Positions 50,392 to 60,500 are shown, counted from the stretch's first letter. The stretch is DNA of 64,000 nt from Flavobacteriales bacterium (GCA_040377305.1 JBEIPA010000003.1:32001-96000), one strand, 5' to 3'. Numbers and translations: made by a program. Notes: a model not told the origin generated them from the letters alone.

Positions 50392-51792
50392 ATGCATATG
50401 TTTATCGCCAAGGAAATACAAACAGCAGCATACTTATTCGCAAGTATTCTGTTCATTTTAAGTCTCAGCGGATTGTCTTCGCAGGAGTCTGCTAAGCGCG
50501 GTGTTCTTTTCGGAATTGTCGGAATGGTCATCGCGATTTTCGCAACCGTTTTGGGAGAAGGAGTTGAGGGACAGATTTTCATCGTTTCCGCAATTGCAGT
50601 CGCATCTGTTATTGGAATAATGGTTGCGCGGAAAGTGGAAATGACAGGCATGCCGCAATTGGTGGCTATCCTTCACAGCTTCGTAGGATTAGCAGCTGTA
50701 CTGGTTGGTATCGGTTCTTACCTCGATCCTGAAACACAAAAACTCACTGGTGCAGCACACACCATTCACCTCGTTGAAGTCTTCGTCGGAATTTTTATCG
50801 GAGCAATTACATTCACGGGTTCAATCATTGCGTGGGGGAAACTCGACGGCAAAGTACCTTCCAAACCATGGAGCTTCGCGGGACTTCAACTGATGAATTT
50901 GATTCTGCTTCTCGCTTGCGTGGCTTGTGGAATATTCTTTTGCCAGGCGGAAGGAACAGGCGGTTTGCTCTATCTGTGGATCATGTTAGCTATAGCTTCA
51001 TTCATTGGTATTGTGCTCGTGATGGCAATTGGCGGCGGAGATATGCCGGTAGTGGTTTCCATGCTGAACTCTTATTCCGGTTGGGCAGCAGCTGCAGCAG
51101 GATTTATGTTGAGCAACGACTTGTTGATTGTTACCGGAGCATTAGTAGGAAGCTCGGGTGCAATTCTTTCTATGCACATGTGTCACGCAATGAACCGTTC
51201 GTTCTTCTCGGTTATTTTCGCAAGTGCCAGTCTTGGGCCTAAAGGCGAGAAAAAAGCAATTGAAGGAGAAGTTACCGCGTTGAATCATGAAGAGGTTGCA
51301 ACGCTTCTCAAGGAAGCAAAATCAGTTGTGATCGTTCCGGGCTACGGGATGGCTGTTGCAAAAGCACAATTCCCGATTTACGATCTGGTGCAAACATTAC
51401 GCAAGGCAAACAAAAATGTACGCTTCGCGATACACCCGGTTGCAGGTCGTTTACCTGGACACATGAACGTGTTGTTGGCAGAAGCAAACGTGCCTTATGA
51501 TATCGTGATGGAAATGGACGAGATCAACGACGACATGCCGGATACAGATGTGGTAATGGTAATCGGCGCGAACGACGTTGTAAATCCAAGCGCACAAGAC
51601 GATCCTGCAAGTTCTATTTACGGTATGCCGGTCATTGAAGCGTGGAAAGCAGAGAAAGTAATTATCATGAAGCGCTCCATGTCGGCAGGTTACTCTGGCG
51701 AAGACAATCCACTCTTTTACAAACCGAACTCCGAGATGTTGTACGGTGATGCGAAGACGAGTGTGGAGAAGATTTTATCTTATCTGAAGTAA
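50392..51792 (+). CDS. pntB: NAD(P) transhydrogenase subunit beta
   Basis: [58 protein letters not shown]. Confidence 0.97.
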   Translation: MHMFIAKEIQTAAYLFASILFILSLSGLSSQESAKRGVLFGIVGMVIAIFATVLGEGVEGQIFIVSAIAVASVIGIMVARKVEMTGMPQLVAILHSFVGLAAVLVGIGSYLDPETQKLTGAAHTIHLVEVFVGIFIGAITFTGSIIAWGKLDGKVPSKPWSFAGLQLMNLILLLACVACGIFFCQAEGTGGLLYLWIMLAIASFIGIVLVMAIGGGDMPVVVSMLNSYSGWAAAAAGFMLSNDLLIVTGALVGSSGAILSMHMCHAMNRSFFSVIFASASLGPKGEKKAIEGEVTALNHEEVATLLKEAKSVVIVPGYGMAVAKAQFPIYDLVQTLRKANKNVRFAIHPVAGRLPGHMNVLLAEANVPYDIVMEMDEINDDMPDTDVVMVIGANDVVNPSAQDDPASSIYGMPVIEAWKAEKVIIMKRSMSAGYSGEDNPLFYKPNSEMLYGDAKTSVEKILSYLK

Positions 51793-51818
51793 TTCGGGAT
51801 TTGAAAATTTGAAGATTG

Positions 51819-51854
51819 AAAAAATCCCGCTGTTGTAACGATGGCGGGATTTTT
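51819..51854 (+). terminator. Rho-independent terminator of pntAB
   Basis: aaaaaatcccgc...gcgggattttt. Confidence 0.75.
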
Positions 51855-51855
51855 C

Positions 51856-52171
51856 TTTGCGGTCCTTTGCGCCTCTGCGCCTTTGTAGTTATTGACCACG
51901 AAGATTCAGGCTCTCACAACAAAGCCACGATCTCGGTTCTCAATTTCTTTACCCGCGGGATGACGCCCACGCGGCTGAAGAAAATCTCGATACAAGCTGA
52001 AGTTGGTTTGTTTTCAATCTGCGTAATCTGCGAATCTGCGGCAAATTATTTTGGTCTCGATCTGGCTTCTCAGAAAATCTGTGTCTTTTCTGCACCATCC
52101 GTTTTTTTCTGTGTTCCTTTTTTGCACGAAAATTGTCTTGGCGTTTTGGCGTCTTGGCGGTGGAAATTCCA
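51856..52171. repeat. Cluster of unpaired periodic repeat arms
   Basis: ctttgcggtcctttgcgcctctgcgcctttg; aatctgcgtaatctgcgaatctgcgg; tctgtg...tctgtg; cttggcgttttggcgtcttggcggt (52137-52161). Confidence 0.7.
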
Positions 52172-52176
52172 AACTA

Positions 52177-54087
52177 TCACCTCTTCAGAAACGGCGTCTT
52201 AAACTCTCTTCCTTCCTGCTGAATGTACACGTTGTAATATCCATCACTCAACGCAATCACATTCACAACACCTCTTCCGCTTCCATCTGTCGAAGTCTGC
52301 TGACTCATCACCAACTTCCCTAGCATATCGTAAATCTTCACCGTACAAATTCCTTTGATCGGCGATTCAAACATCAATAAATCACTCGTCGGATTCGGGT
52401 ACAATGAGAAAGTTGTTGGCAAAGTTGGTTCTGCAACATTACTCAACGCGGCACTATCCGTAATGATCCACACATACGGATCAAAGATCAACGAGTCAGC
52501 AGCAAAGCCCAACGGAATTGTAAACTGTTGTCCACTCACCGTATGTTGCACGCGTACAAGCGTATCCTGTGTTCCATTTTTGAAATACAAGGGAAGCGGT
52601 AATTCAAAAAACGGAACGGATAGATCAGATTGTGTTTGATTGACCGTTGCGGTCACCACATTGGCTGTATCCTGCGACCATGTAATCGTGTACGTCGGAA
52701 ATCCTTCACCGAAAAACCAATCGTCATAATACCATTGCAGATTTTGACCTGATGCAGTTTCCATGTGCTGCTGAAACTGTGCGGTTGTCGCGAAAGAGTA
52801 GGAGTGAAGTGGATCATTCAGGAATGTATTCACACCCGCAAACCACGCACTGTCGCCAATCACCCAACGGAGTTGATGCAAAACCATTGCGCCTTTCGCG
52901 TATGACAAGCGTGGATCGAATATTCGCGAAGCGACTGTTGTGTCATCTACCCAAACAGATCCATCCGGCAATGATGTAACGTAACTCATTTCCCAATTCA
53001 GCCAAGGATACCAATACTGAGAGGGCGCATAGTTCTCGTAACACAATCCGGTGAGATACGTTGCGAATCCTTCGTTCAGCCAGATGTCTTCCCACGATGC
53101 GCACGTGACTTTATCTCCGAACCAATGATGTGCCAACTCGTGTGCAAACAACTCATACCAGAATCCACCAATGAATGTAATTGTGGTGTGTTCCATTCCA
53201 CCACCGAAATTGCACTGCGCATGACCATACTTCTCATCCGCAAACGGATACATTCCGAACAGCGAATCGAACAAGTGCATTTGCAGAATCACATCGGGTG
53301 TTGATGCAGCTGCCCACGCCGAATCTTCGGGATAAACATAGTTTACGACTTCAATCGTATCTCCATTGTCGTAAACGAAATCGCTGTACACAACATAATT
53401 GCTCACTGCAAAGCAAACGAGATATGCCGGAATCGGATGACGGTGTTTCCACGTCCATTGCCTTTGAACAGCGAACGTGACATCATTGGTAAGAATTCCA
53501 TTGCTCGCAACTTCATACCACAATGGTGCTGTGACGATGATATCAATCGAATCAATTTTGTCGAGTAAGTTTTGTTTGCACGGCCACCAGTTCATGGCAC
53601 CGTAAGGTTCCGAAAGCGTCCACATTACCGGATCGTTGTTGGGTCCATGAGTATCGACATGAAAACCACGAATACTTGTATCAGGCGCACCGTGATAATA
53701 AACGGAAACAGAATCCACCACACTCGAAGGCAATGTAGCACCTAGTTGTGCATTCAGAATATTGAACGCATGCGAAAACAAAACCGCATTGCCGTTGTAC
53801 ACGATACTATCCACTGTAAGCACCACCGACAAATCAAATTCTATGGTAGTGATAGATTGATTCGGAACAAAATGCGTGGTGATTTTTCCATCAATCCAAT
53901 TCAGCAGTGGATCGACTTGCCATTCGCAACGTTGGTAAACGAAATCGGAGGTGTTGGCGGCCTGAACCTGGGGCGGAGCAGAACGTGCATGTCCCTTCAT
54001 TTCATCTCTTGCAATGGATTGCTGGAGAACCTGTGCGCGTGCTTCGATCATGAAAACTGAGCAAAGCAGAATGAACAACTGTTTCAT
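52177..54087 (-). CDS. T9SS-secreted M1 family aminopeptidase
   Basis: GGMEH, HELAH, NEGFATY and YAKGA motifs; C-terminal LYPNP sorting domain. Confidence 0.92.
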   Translation of the reverse strand: MKQLFILLCSVFMIEARAQVLQQSIARDEMKGHARSAPPQVQAANTSDFVYQRCEWQVDPLLNWIDGKITTHFVPNQSITTIEFDLSVVLTVDSIVYNGNAVLFSHAFNILNAQLGATLPSSVVDSVSVYYHGAPDTSIRGFHVDTHGPNNDPVMWTLSEPYGAMNWWPCKQNLLDKIDSIDIIVTAPLWYEVASNGILTNDVTFAVQRQWTWKHRHPIPAYLVCFAVSNYVVYSDFVYDNGDTIEVVNYVYPEDSAWAAASTPDVILQMHLFDSLFGMYPFADEKYGHAQCNFGGGMEHTTITFIGGFWYELFAHELAHHWFGDKVTCASWEDIWLNEGFATYLTGLCYENYAPSQYWYPWLNWEMSYVTSLPDGSVWVDDTTVASRIFDPRLSYAKGAMVLHQLRWVIGDSAWFAGVNTFLNDPLHSYSFATTAQFQQHMETASGQNLQWYYDDWFFGEGFPTYTITWSQDTANVVTATVNQTQSDLSVPFFELPLPLYFKNGTQDTLVRVQHTVSGQQFTIPLGFAADSLIFDPYVWIITDSAALSNVAEPTLPTTFSLYPNPTSDLLMFESPIKGICTVKIYDMLGKLVMSQQTSTDGSGRGVVNVIALSDGYYNVYIQQEGREFKTPFLKR

Positions 54088-54277
54088 AGTTCAATTTACG
54101 AAGAATACGAGCTGAGACGCTTCGCGAAAGTAGCCGAGTTCGTTCTGTCGGAGTTCTGGTTTCCGAAAACCCTGAGATGGGGAAGGTGAAGAGGGAATTT
54201 CAGGGGAAATTGAGCGTGAAAAATGGATTTATGCAGGGTCGATTCGTAAATAATTTGAAATATCCTGAAAGGAGGTC

Positions 54278-56125
54278 CTATTGAATTTTAATATCATATT
54301 TCCTTTCAAAAAAAGAATCTAACGCAGTTTTATTCTCCTCCTTAAGCACGTACTCCATTTCATCTTCTGAAAGATCGCAAACACCAAAATTATTGATGTA
54401 ATTTCCATTCAGTGAATAATATTTCGAAGAGTACGGTTTGCTGGTTTTCGTAATGTAGTACCAAAATAGGCGTGACTCCATCAATTTTTTAATGTACAAG
54501 AGTTCTTTTTGAGTGCCTCCGATAATGGCACATCCATTGTAAAACAATAAATCTTCATCTTCGTTAATTATGAATGTTGGGGTTTTGTCGGAAATCTTTG
54601 GAAAAAACATTTTATTCTTTACTTTCTCCAGCGATTGAGTGCGACCAAAAGCGAACCATTTTTGATAATCTCCTTCACCCTTATCACGCTTTTCAAGGAC
54701 CGAACGCTTATCTTCCAAATATTTATAGGCTTTGGGGTACTTTTTCTTAAGTAAGACTCCATCCAAAGCGGTAGGATTAGCACTATTGTCATATGGAAAA
54801 ATGACTTTCTCCTTCAATTCATTTAATGTTACTGCCGTTCTACTTAATTTGTTGGAATTAACAATGTCCTTGCATATTCCCTTTTCGATAGGGTAAAGAC
54901 TGCCGTTCTGCAGATAATGATATGATTTATCTGATTTGACTGGTTTAAATATGAAAATGTCGTTTTTTAAAGTAGCAATTCCATGCCTGGTTGTATATAG
55001 TTCTCCAAACGGTCGGCCAACAGATTCAATTTGCTTAATAATTTCAGGGTCTTGCATATTCCAACCCATCTTTGAATTCAGACTTGCATATAAAAGATGC
55101 TCATATTGCTCATGAGCTTTGAAAATATTGTCGCTATCACATCTCACATATTCGATGAAATCGGAATTATTTTTTTCTATTAGGCAGATACAGGTGTATG
55201 TGTTTTTGGATTTAAAAACTTGCTCTCCGCCAAAATCAAGTATTTTAAAATTGTACTTGTTCTTCTGAAAATATGCTCTCAGTGACCTACCATTAAGGCT
55301 CTTAAAAAAACTATTCATGGTAATCACTCCAAGGATACCGTTTGGCTTTAGACTTTCAATGCCAATTTGAAAGAATGGAATATACAGGTCTGGATTTCCA
55401 GAATTTTTACACACTTCCCATGTTTCAAGTTTCGCCTTTGTTTCAACTGTTAAATGCTTCGCTGCAACATATGGAGGATTTCCAACTATAATGTCAAAAC
55501 CTAAAAATTTCTTGATGTGCTTTTTCCATTTAAAGGTTAAGGTATCTGCCTCATATAGGTTGAAGTCATACTCTTTCTTGTCTTCTCCAGCTTTTAAAGC
55601 CAAAATGCAAAGCAAGAGTTTAGTTCGTACAATGGAGTATGGTTGTATGTCAATACCGAAAATTTGATATTTGAATATGTGGAAGTATGTAGAATTAGTT
55701 TCCAGCTTTAGCTGCTTAGCCGCAGTATACAGGAAGCCTCCACAACCACACGAAATATCAGCAATTTTTACCCGATGAAGAATATCTTCCTTAGCCTCAA
55801 ACGACTTATCGATAATAAATTCCCTGATATTTAATGGTGTATAAACTGCGCCATTAATGACTCTATCGGCTGGCGAAATGACAAACTCAAATAATTCAAT
55901 TAGTTTTTCAATGTCGAAATCCTTTATCTCTTCATTAACTATCGCTAAAAATTGAACGAGAGAAGTACATTCCTGTATGTTTCCCGCGTCAATTACATAC
56001 GATTTAAGAAATTTATTTCTTTTAATGGTAAGCGCATTCTTGGTCAAGAATGCTGAAATTATTAATCTGTCAACATCTTTTGGGTTTGTGGAATAGTTCC
56101 GTAGAAAGTTAAATACTTTTTTCAT
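54278..56125 (-). CDS. N6-adenine DNA methyltransferase (gamma class, Eco57I/TaqI-like with C-terminal target-recognition domain)
   Basis: GAVYTP, DISCGCGGF (motif I), GIDI, GNPPY (motif IV) and DLY..F; C-terminal WFAFGRTQ...FPKIS. Confidence 0.9.
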   Translation of the reverse strand: MKKVFNFLRNYSTNPKDVDRLIISAFLTKNALTIKRNKFLKSYVIDAGNIQECTSLVQFLAIVNEEIKDFDIEKLIELFEFVISPADRVINGAVYTPLNIREFIIDKSFEAKEDILHRVKIADISCGCGGFLYTAAKQLKLETNSTYFHIFKYQIFGIDIQPYSIVRTKLLLCILALKAGEDKKEYDFNLYEADTLTFKWKKHIKKFLGFDIIVGNPPYVAAKHLTVETKAKLETWEVCKNSGNPDLYIPFFQIGIESLKPNGILGVITMNSFFKSLNGRSLRAYFQKNKYNFKILDFGGEQVFKSKNTYTCICLIEKNNSDFIEYVRCDSDNIFKAHEQYEHLLYASLNSKMGWNMQDPEIIKQIESVGRPFGELYTTRHGIATLKNDIFIFKPVKSDKSYHYLQNGSLYPIEKGICKDIVNSNKLSRTAVTLNELKEKVIFPYDNSANPTALDGVLLKKKYPKAYKYLEDKRSVLEKRDKGEGDYQKWFAFGRTQSLEKVKNKMFFPKISDKTPTFIINEDEDLLFYNGCAIIGGTQKELLYIKKLMESRLFWYYITKTSKPYSSKYYSLNGNYINNFGVCDLSEDEMEYVLKEENKTALDSFFERKYDIKIQ

Positions 56126-56883
56126 ACGAAAATTGGGCAGAGTTCACTAACTGGTTTCCACGAAACTCCCGCTTCGCTGAATGGTTTCCAATGATTGGCC
56201 AAAGTGTGAAAGTATGGCTTCCAAATCCTTTCCTGATACTGAGAATAAAGACTGTGATACTCTCGTTCTTCTAATAGAGATTCAAAGGCAGTCGGAAAAA
56301 AATTAGAAGTCAAAAAGCCCACGCCGAGGATAAAATCAAGTGGACAATGCATTAGTCGTGGAGTATCCAGATACATAACAACTCCTGAATCGTGAGTTGC
56401 TGATTTGGTAGGGTTTACATCATACTGCAAGTGATAAACAGGATGTGGTTCTTTAGCTGCCCCTGCAGCGATATGCCGGTCAATATGAAACCCAAAATGA
56501 TAGATTTGACTTCCAATGCCTTTAACAAAAACTTTAAAACCTAGTTCTAAAAAAGGGTCACTCATATCGTCCCATCCAGCAACACTCGCACGCAATTTCA
56601 TACTGAGATGAACGCTGCCTTTATTGATATCACTTGGACTAACATGGTTCAACGTTTCTAAAGCCATTTCAAATCCGTCAATGTCATAACCCCATATTTT
56701 TTCATCACGACCTCCACCCTTTAAAACCGGAATGAAATTCTCATTCCGAAGGTCGTTTATTGCGGTATATATTTGAGTCGTATTTACATCATTGCCTATG
56801 CAATTGTCGAGCAGCTGAGCCATTCTCTCAAGCTCTCTCGCTCTTTCATTGCGAAAGTGCATTATCTTTTTGTCAACAGCCAT
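56122..56883 (-). CDS. Hypothetical protein with His-rich motif (possible metal-dependent effector)
   Basis: ATGA overlap with the MTase; FHIDRH...HPVYHLQY...PRLMHCPLD. Confidence 0.75.
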   Translation of the reverse strand: MAVDKKIMHFRNERARELERMAQLLDNCIGNDVNTTQIYTAINDLRNENFIPVLKGGGRDEKIWGYDIDGFEMALETLNHVSPSDINKGSVHLSMKLRASVAGWDDMSDPFLELGFKVFVKGIGSQIYHFGFHIDRHIAAGAAKEPHPVYHLQYDVNPTKSATHDSGVVMYLDTPRLMHCPLDFILGVGFLTSNFFPTAFESLLEEREYHSLYSQYQERIWKPYFHTLANHWKPFSEAGVSWKPVSELCPIFV

Positions 56884-56887
56884 GATA

Positions 56888-57994
56888 TTATAGAGCTTTT
56901 TCTAATGCATCAATTCTTGCTTTTTCAGATGGGTGAGGTCTCAACCCTTTTTCAACACCTATACGTTCGAGGACAGCATCCAAAGACAAGTATTTGCTTT
57001 CCTGCCAAGGCTTTAATTCTGAAGAGGAATAAATTTTGAACCCTTCAATCGGGTCTAATGGTGTTTTATAGCCTTCGCAAATAGTCCAAAATTCTGTGCT
57101 TTTACAATGTTTTATGGGTTTTGCAGGTGCCAGCTTTTGTATTCCGGTCTTTTCAATTAAAAGACCCACACGTTCTTCCGCTTTTAAGAACGTCAATTTT
57201 TTTCCGGTCATTGTCTTAAATGCATCCGTTATTGAATTTGCCCACCATCTATCCCATCCATCAGAAAACACGCCTGAATATTTAGCTTGAGAAAACACGC
57301 ACTCCAATAATTTACGCCATTCCGGTGAAGCTTCAATGTCAATGCCTAACCTTGCTGCAACAGTTCTTTCCTTTAAAAGAGGGTTAGTACAATGAAATAA
57401 ATTCTTAATCGCAAAATGTGCATAGTCGTGGACAACAAGTTTATTGCTCGCATCAAATCTTTCCATAATGCGAGGGTCAATTGAACTTAATTCAATATCC
57501 TTAAATATCATGACTGGTTTTAGTTCACTTGCATTTAGCAACTCGTATCCCTTTGCAAGAGAATCTAATTTCCGCGAAAATTTTTTAGAATCAGGGTTGG
57601 CGGATTTTTCAAATTTATAATCAAACAAATCATGACTAGATTTATCAGCATCGTAGGTCTCTCTGATTTTAGTTTCTGTAGAACAAAGTATAATGGGGAA
57701 AGCAGGGGCATCACCTCTTGCAGTCATTGACCTTAGCTCTTGAGCAATGGAAGTCGCATTAAAATCAACACGGTTGGCACCATCTCCGTCTAACCGCAGG
57801 TCAATGATAACGCCATCGAATGCTTTCTTTTTTCGAAGACTTATCAGCTCATTTCGCAGCTTTCCGAAGTCCTTAAATTCCCCTAATGGAAACAAACTGA
57901 CTTCAACTACTCCTAGGTCATTAAACATATTGAGCGTGGACGTTTCAGATGCTCCGCTCTCGTCATCGATATATAGATATTTTGGCTTACTCAT
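56888..57994 (-). CDS. Response-regulator receiver domain fused to an unknown C-terminal domain
   Basis: KYLYIDDE acidic pocket, IIDLRLD phospho-acceptor-like Asp, PIILCS and a downstream Lys; no HTH output recognised. Confidence 0.75.
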   Translation of the reverse strand: MSKPKYLYIDDESGASETSTLNMFNDLGVVEVSLFPLGEFKDFGKLRNELISLRKKKAFDGVIIDLRLDGDGANRVDFNATSIAQELRSMTARGDAPAFPIILCSTETKIRETYDADKSSHDLFDYKFEKSANPDSKKFSRKLDSLAKGYELLNASELKPVMIFKDIELSSIDPRIMERFDASNKLVVHDYAHFAIKNLFHCTNPLLKERTVAARLGIDIEASPEWRKLLECVFSQAKYSGVFSDGWDRWWANSITDAFKTMTGKKLTFLKAEERVGLLIEKTGIQKLAPAKPIKHCKSTEFWTICEGYKTPLDPIEGFKIYSSSELKPWQESKYLSLDAVLERIGVEKGLRPHPSEKARIDALEKAL

Positions 57995-60302
57995 TTTCTT
58001 CTTTATTTACTGGTATTTCAATTCTAAATGTTGTAACGAACCCCTCAGCTGGCGGAATATTCACATATATGGAACCGCCATAGGCTTCAATAATGTCTTT
58101 CACTATTTTCAAACCAAGTCCGGTTCCCACCATTGTATCTGAATCATTCGCTGAATGATTAGCAGCGGATGTTGTCGTGTAAAAGGCATTGAAGATAATT
58201 TCCTCATTTTCTTTCGGTATGCCATCTCCATTGTCAGAGAATTCTAAATAGACATTCTCATCATCTTTGCCACACTTAATTTGAATTTCTCCGTCCTTTT
58301 TACTTCTCTTTATCGCCTTTTTTGAATTAGTATAAAGGTTAAAAAGAATAGATGCCCACTCTGACGGGTGCATAGGCACAGTAAATAAACGGTAGCCATC
58401 AAAAATGTGGTTGTGAACTTTAATTTTTGAACGTACTAAATCAGCTGCTATTACAGTCTCAAAATCACGAACAACATCCCTGAGTTCGATTGGTTCAAGT
58501 TCCCTCAAAACATTCCTCGAAATAGCTTTATTGAAATAAGAGGTGTAGGCTGTGAACGCTCTCACATTCTCCTCTAACAATCCTACTCGCTCACTCGCGG
58601 CTTTATATTCCTTTACTGCATTTTTCAAGAACGTTATGTCAGCATCAAAGCCTGGTAAAAACCTCTTGACTTCATGCACAAATTCCCCGATTACCAACCC
58701 TAAACCGGCCAATATTCGAAGCATATTAATTTCATCAATTAATTTTTGTTTCTCTCGCTTTTCTTCTTCTCTAGCCGCTTCCAAGGTTTTAAAAGCATCC
58801 TTATATTTTTCCCCAGAACCGGATGCTCCTTCCTTCTCGTCTCCTGATGTATTTTCCTCGAAAATTTCTTTGAGCTTTGAAACTGCTGAATCGACTTTCT
58901 CAGACGGAGTTTCTTCTGATTTTCTATAATTTTTTTGTGATGCAGTTGCCTTTCTTCCTCTAAGTTCGGCTACTTTAATAACTGCGCTAATGATTGAGCG
59001 GTATACAAATTTAACCAGTTCCTCTAGTGCATCACTCTCAATTAACCCTTCTCTACTTGACGTTTCTTCAAAATCTTGCCCTTCTTTATCCTCTATTTCT
59101 ACGAAACCAAAAAAACAAATATTCATATGCGGTGCTAAAACCACACTTCTGTTATTTGACCTATCAAGTCCTAACCAATCATCTCCTTCTTCTCCATAAG
59201 GCAATACCCTAAATCCATTTCTATACAACCGAATACCGCCTTTTTCGTATGCCAAGTTTCTAATAAAAGTAAACACTCCTGGTGCAAACAAATTACCGTC
59301 ATAAATAAAATAATATGCTTTAAAATGAACACCTTTTATAAGATTAAATTTGCTTTCAACATCTTCTCTGTCTTCCTCATTATTACCAATCAAAAATACT
59401 TCCTGCTTGAAATCTAATTTATCACTCATTAAAGCCCAACAGCCTTGTCCATCATCCATGACGTACCCTTCAATTTCCGCAAGAGCATGACTGAAGATTG
59501 CTTCATTCTCATCAATAATTGGGGTAAGTTCCTCCCCGTTCTTTCTGAAGTAGTAGCTTTTAAATCCGGGGTCGGTTCTTTTCTTTTCTTCTTTTTTCTT
59601 CTTTTTCGATAGAGGAAAAGGTTGAAGCAATTCCGATGTATATCGGAAAACTCTTTTAATCATCGCATCAGACCAACCTTCACGCAATCCTTCAATAATT
59701 AAATCTGTCCCTTCTGGTTTAGTCTTAGAAACTGATTCAACTTGATTTGTGATACTTAGGAGGTCCTTGTCCGTTTCAAATTTGTCCCACTCAATTGTTA
59801 TCTTTGTAGCCTGCTCTGATTCTAAGGTTTGAGTGATAATTGTAAGTTTGTTTCCCAATCGCTGGGTAGCGAACCGTCCAATGCCCTTACGTCCCGCCCT
59901 CGTTCTTTTATACCTTTCTGAAATCGGATTGTGAATTTTTTCAGAGGAAGATAATCGCATAAAGCCATTAATAAGTTGCTCTCTGGTCATCCCAAGGCCA
60001 CTATCTTCGATATGCAATGTTCCGCCTTCTTGCCAAGCATCTTCAAAGACTAATCGCACTTCAACAGCATCGGCATCATATGCATTTTTTACTAATTCAG
60101 AAACTGCTGTTTCGTGTTTACCAACAAGCTCTTTTCCTAATCGGTTGATTATGCCGGCATCCACAGAAAAGCGTACTTCCGATTCATCAAGATTTGCAAT
60201 TTCACTTGAAAGCGCAAGTATTACATTATTATCGGAATTCTCTTTTTGAATCTCCGCAAAAAGTTTCTTCTTAAGTTCTGTAATATGTATTGATCGGTCC
60301 AT
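57987..60302 (-). CDS. MORC/MutL-type GHKL ATPase fused to a histidine kinase (HisKA-like + HATPase_c)
   Basis: N-terminal ELVKNAYDA, DSGLGM, GRKGIGRFA, GT; S5-like LYRNGFRV.PYG...DWLGLD...SSREGL; coiled coil; GEFVHEV H-box; NLYTNS, DNGDGI, IFNAFYTT and GTGLGL boxes. Confidence 0.9.
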   Translation of the reverse strand: MDRSIHITELKKKLFAEIQKENSDNNVILALSSEIANLDESEVRFSVDAGIINRLGKELVGKHETAVSELVKNAYDADAVEVRLVFEDAWQEGGTLHIEDSGLGMTREQLINGFMRLSSSEKIHNPISERYKRTRAGRKGIGRFATQRLGNKLTIITQTLESEQATKITIEWDKFETDKDLLSITNQVESVSKTKPEGTDLIIEGLREGWSDAMIKRVFRYTSELLQPFPLSKKKKKEEKKRTDPGFKSYYFRKNGEELTPIIDENEAIFSHALAEIEGYVMDDGQGCWALMSDKLDFKQEVFLIGNNEEDREDVESKFNLIKGVHFKAYYFIYDGNLFAPGVFTFIRNLAYEKGGIRLYRNGFRVLPYGEEGDDWLGLDRSNNRSVVLAPHMNICFFGFVEIEDKEGQDFEETSSREGLIESDALEELVKFVYRSIISAVIKVAELRGRKATASQKNYRKSEETPSEKVDSAVSKLKEIFEENTSGDEKEGASGSGEKYKDAFKTLEAAREEEKREKQKLIDEINMLRILAGLGLVIGEFVHEVKRFLPGFDADITFLKNAVKEYKAASERVGLLEENVRAFTAYTSYFNKAISRNVLRELEPIELRDVVRDFETVIAADLVRSKIKVHNHIFDGYRLFTVPMHPSEWASILFNLYTNSKKAIKRSKKDGEIQIKCGKDDENVYLEFSDNGDGIPKENEEIIFNAFYTTTSAANHSANDSDTMVGTGLGLKIVKDIIEAYGGSIYVNIPPAEGFVTTFRIEIPVNKEENE

Positions 60303-60466
60303 GTATAGGTAAAGATATTCACTTTAGTAGATACTAGAAACATCAGTTCAATCGTTGGTTCTGCGATGATTACATTGGCATATGCTGGAAATTGCAGATG
60401 GAGTCCCTCATATTACCATTAACAGGGAATGTGGGATATCTAGCATTCAGAACTTTATGCCTACCC

Positions 60467-60500
60467 CACAAAAAGGCCGCAATCTCTCAATCGCGGCTGC
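60467..60500. repeat. Copy 1 of a ~35-bp hairpin direct repeat
   Basis: cacaaaaaggccgcaatctctcaatcgcggctgc. Confidence 0.8.

Noticed and set aside
51816-52323. ORFs 51816-52202 and 52051-52323
   Set aside because: They are translations of repeat arms (PLRLCAFV, ICVICESA, LGVLASWR) and run through a terminator.
54088-54277. Left attachment site or fourth repeat copy bounding the AT-rich island
   Set aside because: I could not find the GCCGCAATCTC motif, a tRNA end or a terminal repeat here by eye.
54278-60302. Ordinary type II/IIG restriction-modification system or ordinary two-component system
   Set aside because: No recognisable nuclease domain on the MTase or nearby. The kinase has a MORC-type ATPase in place of a sensor, and the receiver lacks a known output domain.
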